A stretch of DNA of 8,512 nt from an archaeon (GTDB lineage Archaea > Iainarchaeota > Iainarchaeia > Iainarchaeales > CSSED10-239). A program made the position numbers and the translations under genes. A model generated the notes under the pieces. It saw nothing but the letters and a program-made list of their open reading frames with translations. It searched no databases and was not told the origin of the DNA. This document shows, in pieces, positions 1 through 6,265 of the stretch. Location: the NCBI GenBank assembly GCA_035387745.1, contig DAOOON010000028.1, positions 1 to 8,512 of the forward strand. The letters are read 5' to 3'. How positions within the stretch are numbered: the stretch's first letter is position 1; every line of letters begins with the position of its first letter.

Positions 1-2
1 AT

Positions 3-129
3 TCCCTCCTCCCAGATTCGGACTGGGGATCTACCGGTCACTGCCTTTTTCTGTCGTTTTACAACAACAAAAATAGTGTGTTTACTTAAAGTCTACAGCC
101 GGTCGCACTAACCGCTATGCTAAGGAGGG
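3..129 (-). tRNA. tRNA-Tyr(GUA) with a 54-nt intron at the canonical 37/38 position (intron 39..92)
   Basis: The minus-strand read is CCCTCCT-TA-GCAT-AGCGGTTA-GTGC-G-ACCGG-CTGTAG|intron|A-CCGGT-AGATC-CCCAG-TCCGAAT-CTGGG-AGGAGGG-A. All four stems pair. C1:G72 is the archaeal/eukaryal Tyr identity pair. The splice junctions fold into helix / 3-nt bulge / 4-bp helix (CUGU/GCAG) / 3-nt bulge / helix (CUUU/AAAG), which is a bulge-helix-bulge motif. Confidence 0.9.
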
Positions 130-171
130 ATTATCCTTATTTTGCTTGATATAATATTTAAGAAAGAAAAA

Positions 172-180
172 TTATATAAA
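172..180 (-). promoter_or_regulatory. Candidate TATA box (TTTATATAA on the minus strand) for tRNA-Tyr
   Basis: An archaeal TATA-like octamer lies about 43 nt upstream of tRNA position 1. It is followed by a TTTCTTT...TTATAT spacer resembling the other promoters in this window. Confidence 0.4.
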
Positions 181-183
181 TAG

Positions 184-1005
184 CTACTTTTTGCGTTTTA
201 TCATAGATAATATCTTTACAAAAGCAAGCCCAAAAAAAAATATAAATGGAGGAAAAATATAATTAAGAAACAAACAAACTAATATAATCAATATAATTGG
301 AGCGGAATCGGCTTTTGACAAATTAATTATATATTTTTTATTATTATCTGGATTCTCTATTGTATGGATATAATTGTGAGTATAAACATCAATTATTGTC
401 TTTATAACTAAAAATAAAATTATTGCATAATTAAAAAATAACGCAAAAACAACAACAAATAATGGTATTAATCTAACATATGGTAAAAATAATAATCCAT
501 AAATTGTTTCTGGTTTTTCTGTATCTGCTTTAAAGTTTAGAATATAAGATAGAAGGTGATTAATAAAAAATAACAATATAGAAATACCAAAAAAGACCCA
601 ATTAATAGATGCAATTTGTTGACTAGTTACGCCTAAAAAAGCATTCTTGATAATTGATATTCTGAAAATGAAAAATAAAAATATAAATTGTAATAAAAAA
701 CCATTATAAATCCACCAATATATAAAAGCCAATAAATTTTTGAGATTTTTTATTGACGAAAAAGATAGGTAATTAATCTGGGGTAACTTAGTTAAATCTA
801 TATTAGAAACATCTATTCTTTTTTTGTTTATAATTTTAAGGAAATGGAAAAAGCCAATAATTAAGCCTTGTATAAAATACAAAAATACCATTACTGTTAA
901 GTCCCATTTCTGGACAACCGCTAAGACAATAACAATTAGATTTGTAAAAATAAGCGAAACAAGGGATATATCCCATTTTAACTTAAAGTTTTCTAGAAAA
1001 CTCAT
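184..1005 (-). CDS. Polytopic membrane protein of unknown function, paralog of 1010..1891
   Basis: 273-aa ORF with an ATG start and TAG stop, containing many hydrophobic segments. It aligns with the upstream neighbour in three blocks: N-terminal (D-I-x-x-x-S-L-I-x-x-N...Q-K/R-W-D...Y...Q...F-F...L-K), central (LFFINHL[LI]S[YF]I) and C-terminal (KTxxD[VI]YxHNxxH). The start lies 4 nt after the upstream stop. Confidence 0.8.
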   Translation of the reverse strand: MSFLENFKLKWDISLVSLIFTNLIVIVLAVVQKWDLTVMVFLYFIQGLIIGFFHFLKIINKKRIDVSNIDLTKLPQINYLSFSSIKNLKNLLAFIYWWIYNGFLLQFIFLFFIFRISIIKNAFLGVTSQQIASINWVFFGISILLFFINHLLSYILNFKADTEKPETIYGLLFLPYVRLIPLFVVVFALFFNYAIILFLVIKTIIDVYTHNYIHTIENPDNNKKYIINLSKADSAPIILIILVCLFLNYIFPPFIFFFGLAFVKILSMIKRKK

Positions 1006-1009
1006 AATC

Positions 1010-1891
1010 TCACTTTATTTTTATTGGTTTTATCATTATAGCAAGATAAATTAAAAAATAAATAAACCAAATAAGCAAACCAATTATTCCCAAAAAAATG
1101 GGAAAAATAAAAAAAACAAACAAAAATATTGTTAAAATAACATTTCTCCTTTTTTCTTCTGGACTAATTACTCTTTCTTTTATTGATTTGACTATTGCGT
1201 CATTTTGCTTAATTTTATTAATCGTTTCATTTTTTTCTTTTTGAATGTCTTCAGTTGTTTCATGTTCTTTATTATGGAAATAAATATCTACAGGAGTTTT
1301 AAGTATAAATAGTACAATTAATGCAATAAGGTTAAATGAGAAATCTGTTTTACTAATAAAATGGGTAAATAACCCCGTTAACCATATAGTCATATGTATA
1401 ACTACAAATCTATATCCTGTAATTTTAGTAAGTGTCTGTGCTAATTGCTCTTTATTTGCTTCTTTTTTTAAATAATAAATAAAAGAAATTAAATGGTTAA
1501 TAAAAAATAAGATTATTACTGTGATTATCCCGAAACTAAAAATAGGCGGTTTAAATAAAAGCCAAAAACAAAGAAAATAGAATCCATAAAAAAAAATCCA
1601 GGTAATTTGCTGTATAATTACTTGAAATTTAGCAACACTTTTGGATTCTATAGATATAAGTTGTCCTGTGTTATCTATTGCACCAATAAAGCTAATATTT
1701 TTCTTAAATAGTAGTTTTAATATCGTAAAAAACCAAAGTATAATAGTTTGAAATAAATAAATATAAAATATCGTTCCAACATCCCATCTCTGAATGATCG
1801 CTAATGCCAAAGTAATAATATTTACTAATATTAAAGAAATCCAGGTAATGTCTGTTTTAAATTGATATTTTACATTATCTATTAAATTCAC
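1010..1891 (-). CDS. Polytopic membrane protein of unknown function, paralog of 184..1005
   Basis: 293-aa ORF whose start codon is GTG (cac at 1889..1891). A Shine-Dalgarno-like GAGGGT (accctc, 1897..1902) precedes it. The hydrophobic profile and conserved motifs are shared with the downstream paralog. Confidence 0.8.
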   Translation of the reverse strand: MNLIDNVKYQFKTDITWISLILVNIITLALAIIQRWDVGTIFYIYLFQTIILWFFTILKLLFKKNISFIGAIDNTGQLISIESKSVAKFQVIIQQITWIFFYGFYFLCFWLLFKPPIFSFGIITVIILFFINHLISFIYYLKKEANKEQLAQTLTKITGYRFVVIHMTIWLTGLFTHFISKTDFSFNLIALIVLFILKTPVDIYFHNKEHETTEDIQKEKNETINKIKQNDAIVKSIKERVISPEEKRRNVILTIFLFVFFIFPIFLGIIGLLIWFIYFLIYLAIMIKPIKIK

Positions 1892-1903
1892 TTTATTTAC
1901 CCT

Positions 1904-2332
1904 CTATTTCTTAATTTTCATTAGTTTCTTATTTGCTGGAAAGACTATGTGGTGGGCTGCAAAGACTATGCCTTTTTCTACTGCATATTTTTCTATAAGC
2001 CATACTTTAAATAATTCAGTATATGCGTCTTTAACGTCTTTCTTGTCCATGCCTTCTGGAATAAATTCTTTTATTATCTTTTTTGTGTTGTTGGAGTTAA
2101 CTTCATCTATAAATTTGCCTGCTTCAAGAGCCATCAAGGACTTTGTCTTTTCTTCAAATTTTTTAATGTCGCACATCTTTGCAAGATAATCTTTAATCTT
2201 TTGAGAGGTTGAAAACTCTACGCTTGTAAGAAACTCTATGACTTCTTTAGGTCCAACTTCTTTATCTATTGTTAATTTCTTAATAGACACAAATTTATCA
2301 AAATTTGCAATAAATTGAATTGATTCATCCAT
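1904..2332 (-). CDS. Hypothetical soluble protein (142 aa)
   Basis: ATG start preceded by AAGGAGA about 11 nt upstream. The stop is 12 nt from the next gene start. The sequence is charged and helical-looking, with no motif I recognise. Confidence 0.7.
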   Translation of the reverse strand: MDESIQFIANFDKFVSIKKLTIDKEVGPKEVIEFLTSVEFSTSQKIKDYLAKMCDIKKFEEKTKSLMALEAGKFIDEVNSNNTKKIIKEFIPEGMDKKDVKDAYTELFKVWLIEKYAVEKGIVFAAHHIVFPANKKLMKIKK

Positions 2333-2395
2333 ATTTTATCTTTCTCCTTTATTTTATTTTAATATCTTAAGTATGAATTATTTATAAATCTAATG

Positions 2396-3103
2396 TTATA
2401 CCTTTTCAAATTCACATAACTTTTCATTGTATTTATATCCTGGCATTCCTTTAAAATGCACATTCATTTTAAGCACTTTTTCATAATAATATCTGGTGGC
2501 ATGTAAATGAAGCCTGTATTTTTGATCGTCTGTTAATTCTATTCCTTTTTTGTGTTTTTTTAAAATTTGTTTTCTTGTTAATTGTTGAATATCCCAAGCA
2601 ATTTTATTTTCTATTTGTTCTTTTGTATAAACACTCATCATTAAAAAATATTCTTTTAATTGATTTACTGCTTCTAAAGATAGATGCACGTGAATTCTTC
2701 CTGTTTCTTTGCCTTTTTCATCAATTACAGAAATCACTTCTGATTTTGAATTTTTTAAATCTTGTTTAGTTACAGAATCTTGAATGGTTTTATTTTTTTC
2801 CATAAGATGATTATTAAAAAAATCCATAAAAAATACCGCAATGTCTGCGGGGCTAGGCATGTGTCTTATACCAGGGCCGTGTGTATGTATTCTTATAATA
2901 TGTTTGCCTTTATGTTTTAATTCAAAAGCATTATATTTTTCTAAATCTGGGCCAACTGCGTTTTCTGCTCTATTTTTAGATATCTCTTTAATTTCTTTTC
3001 CGGATTTAATAAAGAATGCTTCTTTTTTACTAATTTCTGGAGTTGATTCTATTAATTTATTTGGTTTGCCCCAACGTCTTTTTAATTTAGGTTTTATTGG
3101 CAT
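2396..3103 (-). CDS. Hypothetical protein with a JAMM/MPN+-like metal-binding motif (HTH-x8-SPAD)
   Basis: 235-aa ORF with an ATG start 13 nt after the tdk stop. Residues 73-87, H-T-H-G-P-G-I-R-H-M-P-S-P-A-D (2843..2887), resemble the JAMM signature HxH-x7-S-xx-D but with an 8-residue spacer. The N-terminus is basic and the C-terminal half is long and helical. Confidence 0.65.
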   Translation of the reverse strand: MPIKPKLKRRWGKPNKLIESTPEISKKEAFFIKSGKEIKEISKNRAENAVGPDLEKYNAFELKHKGKHIIRIHTHGPGIRHMPSPADIAVFFMDFFNNHLMEKNKTIQDSVTKQDLKNSKSEVISVIDEKGKETGRIHVHLSLEAVNQLKEYFLMMSVYTKEQIENKIAWDIQQLTRKQILKKHKKGIELTDDQKYRLHLHATRYYYEKVLKMNVHFKGMPGYKYNEKLCEFEKV

Positions 3104-3115
3104 AATTTATCTATT

Positions 3116-3688
3116 TTATTTCTTAAAACAATCCTTACATCTTGCTTGATATTTGTCTTGCCCGCCGACAATCACTGTTTCTGTATCTGTTCCTATCCTA
3201 TAGGTCTTTGTGGCTTTCTTTCCACAAACATTACAAACAGCATCAAGAGATATTATCTGATCACTTATTGCCATCAAGTAACCTATGTCTCTTTTTCCGT
3301 CTTTAAATGGAAATGGTTCTCCTTTGAAGATTTGGTTAAGACCACAAGTATAAACAGCTATTCCCAAATCATTAATTTTTTTAATTATTTCTATAATTCC
3401 TGAATCAAAGAACTGAATTTCGTCAATGAAAACGTTTTCTATTGCTTTTTGTTTATTTAGTTCTAGGGTTTTGTCCAATATATTGTGAGAATCGTTGGCA
3501 ATAATTGCTTTTCTTCCAATGCCGTTATGGTTAAGTACGTCTTCTTCTGAGTATCTGTTATCAATTTGTGGCTTGAAAAGAACAGAGTGTCTTTTAGCAA
3601 TTAGTTCTCTATCCATTATTCTAAGTAATTCTGTGGTCTTACCAGAAAACATTGGCCCTACAATTGTAATTAATGTTCCAGTCATCAT
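3116..3688 (-). CDS. tdk: Thymidine kinase (TK1/type II family)
   Basis: P-loop GPMFSGKTTELLR, an FIDEIQFF Mg/acid motif, and C-terminal Zn-ribbon cysteines CNVCG...RCKDC. The track ORF begins at a TTG (3709). I place the start at the ATG at 3688 (MMTGTL...), about 23 nt downstream of a TATA box, which is consistent with a leaderless mRNA. Confidence 0.9.
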   Translation of the reverse strand: MMTGTLITIVGPMFSGKTTELLRIMDRELIAKRHSVLFKPQIDNRYSEEDVLNHNGIGRKAIIANDSHNILDKTLELNKQKAIENVFIDEIQFFDSGIIEIIKKINDLGIAVYTCGLNQIFKGEPFPFKDGKRDIGYLMAISDQIISLDAVCNVCGKKATKTYRIGTDTETVIVGGQDKYQARCKDCFKK

Positions 3689-3707
3689 TATACTAAATAA
3701 AGAAAGC

Positions 3708-3722
3708 AAATATAAATATTAT
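3708..3722. promoter_or_regulatory. Shared quasi-symmetric TATA element between the divergent tdk and patatin-like genes
   Basis: aaatataaatattat reads TATAAATA on the plus strand and TTTATATT on the minus strand. It lies about 19 nt from the plus-strand ATG (3739) and about 23 nt from the minus-strand ATG (3688). No Shine-Dalgarno sequence precedes either gene. Confidence 0.45.
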
Positions 3723-3738
3723 TGTTATATCTTTTACT

Positions 3739-4605
3739 ATGGAAAGAGACACAATACTAATAATCGAAGGAGGAGCAATGAGTGGAGTATTTGCTGCAGG
3801 GGTATTGACTGCCTTCTATAAAAAAAATCTTTATCCTAGAATACATAGCATATATGCTGTTTCTGCGGGAGCTCACAACACTGCTTATTTTATTTCAAAG
3901 CAAGTTACCTTTGCTTCAGAGGTATATACTAAAGAACTAGTTTCAAAAAGAGCAAAATTTTTAAATATGGATGTCTTTGAGATGCTCCACAAGGTAAAAA
4001 ACCTAGTATTACATAAAAAAAGTTTACAGCTAATTGATTTAGAAGTACTTAAAGAAATTGAAAGAATAAAGCACAAACTTGATCTTAATGAAATAAAAAG
4101 AAGCAAGATTAATTTTTATGTTAAGGTATATGACACTAATCAACTTAAACCTTTAATATTAAATGCTAAAGAAAACACTCTAGATATAATTGAAGTTTCT
4201 TCTTATCTGGCCCCCTATATTTCTCTTAAAACAAAATATAATAACCTTTATGATGGCGAAGAAATACCTAATGACAAATTTCTAAAAATAGTAAAAGAAA
4301 ATAAAGATAAAAAGATAATTTGGATTATGAATGAGAAAAAAACTCTTGCTCATAAAATTAGAAACAGCCCATTTACTTTACTTAATCTATTCACTAAATC
4401 TCTGTATTTTGGCGTACCGTTTTTCATACATTATGTTTACCATGTTTTTGAAGACCCCACAATAGAAGATGTACAAAAATATTCCAATGTTATAGTCATT
4501 TACCCAGAAGGCAATGTTAGAAGATTAACTAAATTTACTTCTAACAAGAAAAATCTAATTAAACTATATCAAGAAGGATTATTAAAAGGTAAAAGAGCAA
4601 TCTAA
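3739..4605 (+). CDS. Patatin-like phospholipase family protein (YjjU-like)
   Basis: N-terminal IIEGGAMSGVFAAGVL is the oxyanion-hole GGxxxG motif. IYAVSAGAHNTAYFI is the nucleophile-elbow SAG motif, with Ala replacing the first Gly of GxSxG. A downstream YDGE is a candidate for the DG[GA] catalytic Asp. Motif order and spacing resemble E. coli YjjU as I recall it. Confidence 0.8.
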   Translation: MERDTILIIEGGAMSGVFAAGVLTAFYKKNLYPRIHSIYAVSAGAHNTAYFISKQVTFASEVYTKELVSKRAKFLNMDVFEMLHKVKNLVLHKKSLQLIDLEVLKEIERIKHKLDLNEIKRSKINFYVKVYDTNQLKPLILNAKENTLDIIEVSSYLAPYISLKTKYNNLYDGEEIPNDKFLKIVKENKDKKIIWIMNEKKTLAHKIRNSPFTLLNLFTKSLYFGVPFFIHYVYHVFEDPTIEDVQKYSNVIVIYPEGNVRRLTKFTSNKKNLIKLYQEGLLKGKRAI

Positions 4606-4616
4606 GAATAAAATTA

Positions 4617-4855
4617 TAGTAGTTGGCTATAAGCCACTTTCTGTACTAAATTGGCAATTCGTCTAAGCGGAAGTTGACTTCCTTGCACTAGAGTTATATT
4701 CTGCGTCTTTCAGCCTCTCTTTCTGTCCATCAGTTCTACACATCATTTGTTAAAACAAAAAGCCGTTATATTCTCTATTCAGAAAATAACTTTAACCTAG
4801 TGAGTGGACTTTCCTTTTGGAATAAAAATCCCAAATGCCAAAACACCAACTACTA
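4617..4855 (-). ncRNA. rnpB: RNase P RNA, compact form (about 239 nt)
   Basis: P1 is UAGUAGUUGG (4855..4846) pairing with CCAACUACUA (4626..4617). P2 is UUGGCA (4841..4836) with UGCCAA (4656..4651). P3 is UUUGGGAU-UUUU-AUUCCAAA. CR-I is GGAAAGUCC (4814..4806) and CR-V is ACAGAAAGUGGCUUAU (4644..4629). The P4 pairing AAG[U]CCAC/GUGGCUU keeps the conserved bulged U. P5 is CACUAG/CUAGUG. The P15-like hairpin is GGAAG-UCAA-CUUCC. Confidence 0.85.
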
Positions 4856-4879
4856 ATATATAAATAAAGAGAAAAAGAG

Positions 4880-4887
4880 AATAAAAA
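4880..4887 (-). promoter_or_regulatory. Candidate TATA box (TTTTTATT) for RNase P RNA
   Basis: It lies about 25 nt upstream of the first P1 nucleotide (4855) and abuts the stop codon of the upstream CDS (4891). The spacer CTCTTTTTCTCTTTATTTATATATTAG ends with the same TATATTAG seen in front of tRNA-Ala(CGC). Confidence 0.4.
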
Positions 4888-4890
4888 GCT

Positions 4891-5637
4891 TTACTTTTTA
4901 TCATGTTGATAATCTGCAATCAATGAATAGTTAGAACTTGTTATTACATATAATAAAAATGTTGCTAATATATTTGCGACAATTGTAGCGGCTGTTTCAT
5001 TAAATAAACTAAGAATTATCCATAATAAACCAACAACTACAATTCCTAGTATTCCATATCCTAAACAAAACATTGTTATTGTAAAATAATCTTTTGTAAA
5101 TATTGCTTTTAGGTTTTTTAACATTTTAAAATTTTCTGAAAATTTATTTGTTTTAAAACTTCTTACTAAACCAATAACTTTCATAAATTCTAATGCCATT
5201 ATTGCAAAACCAAATAAGAAAAACAAAAACATTATAGTTACTAATGTGCCCGTAGATGAACTATAGATTATTGATTCGATACTCAAATCTGTAAGCTCTC
5301 CAATATTTGCGGTTGCTGCAACAGATATTAAAAATACACCTAAAACTATTACTACTACTTCTATAATCAGATATATTAATGACATTAGTAAATAAACTCC
5401 TGAGTTTTTCAATATTGATTTACTAGATGTTTTAAGATTTTTTAATTTCCCTGAAATCTTTGTGCCTATAACTCCTCCTATTATTCCGAATAACAAGGAT
5501 AAAAAAATAAGAGAAATCGTTGTATTTTGTAATGCATTAGCTATAGAGTATATTATTATTAATACAAAAATAAATAACAAATAATACCACTTAATTCCTG
5601 TAAGTCCGTAAAATATTGATTTTTTAAAGTCTATCAT
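4891..5637 (-). CDS. Polytopic membrane protein of unknown function (248 aa)
   Basis: ATG start and TAA stop, with about six long hydrophobic segments including Gly-rich ones (LLFGIIGGVIG). It begins 15 nt after the upstream small ORF. I recognise no catalytic motif. Confidence 0.75.
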   Translation of the reverse strand: MIDFKKSIFYGLTGIKWYYLLFIFVLIIIYSIANALQNTTISLIFLSLLFGIIGGVIGTKISGKLKNLKTSSKSILKNSGVYLLMSLIYLIIEVVVIVLGVFLISVAATANIGELTDLSIESIIYSSSTGTLVTIMFLFFLFGFAIMALEFMKVIGLVRSFKTNKFSENFKMLKNLKAIFTKDYFTITMFCLGYGILGIVVVGLLWIILSLFNETAATIVANILATFLLYVITSSNYSLIADYQHDKK

Positions 5638-5652
5638 ATTATCACAATTAAT

Positions 5653-5895
5653 TTATTTTTTTGATCTAATTATTTTCTTTCTTATTTCTGGAGGTAATGC
5701 TGACATCTTTTTATGGAATGCATCTATTTCCTCTTGTAGTTTAGGTGTTGGTTTTTGTAATCTCTGTAATTTTGCTTTTAATTTTATATAATCTCTTTCT
5801 GTTCTTAATTCTAATTTTTTTAAATTTCTATTTGCAATTATTCTTTTTAATGTTCCTGATTGTGCAGTTTTACCTGCTGGTTTTGTTACTGGCAT
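5653..5895 (-). CDS. Small, highly basic hypothetical protein (80 aa)
   Basis: ATG start about 36 nt downstream of a TTTTTAAATT TATA-like element. The sequence is Lys/Arg-rich and predicted helical. It lies between the tRNA-Ala cluster terminator and the membrane protein gene. Confidence 0.6.
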   Translation of the reverse strand: MPVTKPAGKTAQSGTLKRIIANRNLKKLELRTERDYIKLKAKLQRLQKPTPKLQEEIDAFHKKMSALPPEIRKKIIRSKK

Positions 5896-5996
5896 ACTAT
5901 AATCACACTAAATAATAGAAATAAATAATTTAAAAAGCTATCTAAAAATAGAATTGCAGAATAAATAGTTTCTTTTCCGCGTGTTTCTTTTTAAAA

Positions 5997-6062
5997 GCCC
6001 AAAGGAAAAATTCTTTTTTTCTGGGCCCAGAGAAATTCATTAATTTCTCTTGGAAAAACGCA
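5997..6062 (-). terminator. Terminator region downstream of tRNA-Ala(UGC): U5 tract plus two hairpins
   Basis: On the minus strand the tRNA 3' end is followed by GCGUUUUUCC. Next comes a perfect 9-bp hairpin, AGAGAAAUU/AAUUUCUCU (6029..6050). An imperfect hairpin closed by GCCCA/UGGGC (5997..6026) follows and runs into CUUUU. Confidence 0.5.
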
Positions 6063-6134
6063 TGGACTCCGCGAGACTCGAACTCGCAACCCCTTCCGTG
6101 CAAGGGAAGTACTCTACCATTGAGCCAGGAGCCC
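6063..6134 (-). tRNA. tRNA-Ala(UGC)
   Basis: GGGCTCC-TG-GCTC-AATGGTA-GAGT-A-CTTCC-CTTGCAC-GGAAG-GGGTT-GCGAG-TTCGAGT-CTCGC-GGAGTCC-A. It has the G3:U70 Ala identity pair and a canonical cloverleaf. CCA is not encoded. Confidence 0.95.
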
Positions 6135-6163
6135 TCTAAAAAGTTTTCTTAAATTGCTTGAAA

Positions 6164-6195
6164 CTAATATAATTAACTAAAGAAATAAATATAAA
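6164..6195 (-). promoter_or_regulatory. Promoter repeat copy A (TTTATATTTATTTCTTTAGTTAATTATATTAG)
   Basis: One of three copies of a 32-nt element. This copy differs at one position from the other two, which are identical to each other. The TATA box TTTATATT lies at the distal end. The element ends 29 nt upstream of tRNA-Ala(UGC). Confidence 0.6.
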
Positions 6196-6204
6196 TAAAT
6201 CTAT

Positions 6205-6253
6205 TTTAAAAATTTGGAAGTGTTCTTTTGGAATGAAATACTTTTCTTCCAAA
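6205..6253 (-). terminator. Hairpin plus U5 tract downstream of tRNA-Ala(AGC)
   Basis: A perfect 8-bp inverted repeat, UUUGGAAG (6253..6246) and CUUCCAAA (6220..6213), is followed directly by UUUUU on the minus strand. CCUUUUCUUU tracts also follow the tRNA 3' end directly. Confidence 0.5.
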
Positions 6254-6265
6254 GAAAAGGATTCA

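Noticed and set aside
1-183. tRNA-Tyr as an integration site for a mobile element or genomic island
   Set aside because: No integrase, direct repeat of the tRNA 3' end or compositional shift is seen within the window. The adjacent genes share the same composition and promoter style.
3689-3709. TTG start extending tdk by seven residues (MLSLFSI)
   Set aside because: The extension is non-conserved-looking hydrophobic sequence and would overlap the TATA region. The ATG at 3688, just before the P-loop, fits TK1 N-termini and a leaderless start. This remains unproven.
824-4106. Antisense or overlapping ORFs: 824..1054 (+), 1947..2189 (+), 2575..2769 (+), 2841..3149 (+), 3146..3403 (+), 3495..3821 (+) and 3885..4106 (-)
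   Set aside because: Each lies opposite a longer ORF that has recognisable motifs or a paralog. They are short and low-complexity, which is the usual shadow-ORF pattern in AT-rich DNA.
2396-4605. Patatin-like effector plus JAB-like protein, considered as a CBASS-type defence operon
   Set aside because: There is no cyclase/nucleotidyltransferase and no E1/E2-like gene. The two genes are on opposite strands with housekeeping tdk between them. The patatin protein resembles the YjjU-type housekeeping family.
4729-4746. AUGAUGU...CUGA, considered as a stand-alone C/D box sRNA
   Set aside because: It is embedded in the RNase P RNA specificity domain. There are no C'/D' boxes, guide regions or terminal stem. 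It is more plausibly an internal K-turn-like element, and even that is a low-confidence call.
4606-6062. Search for 23S or 5S rRNA downstream of the tRNA-Ala cluster
   Set aside because: The region is occupied by AT-rich protein-coding ORFs and the RNase P RNA. No 23S 5'-end or 5S-like GC-rich segment is present.
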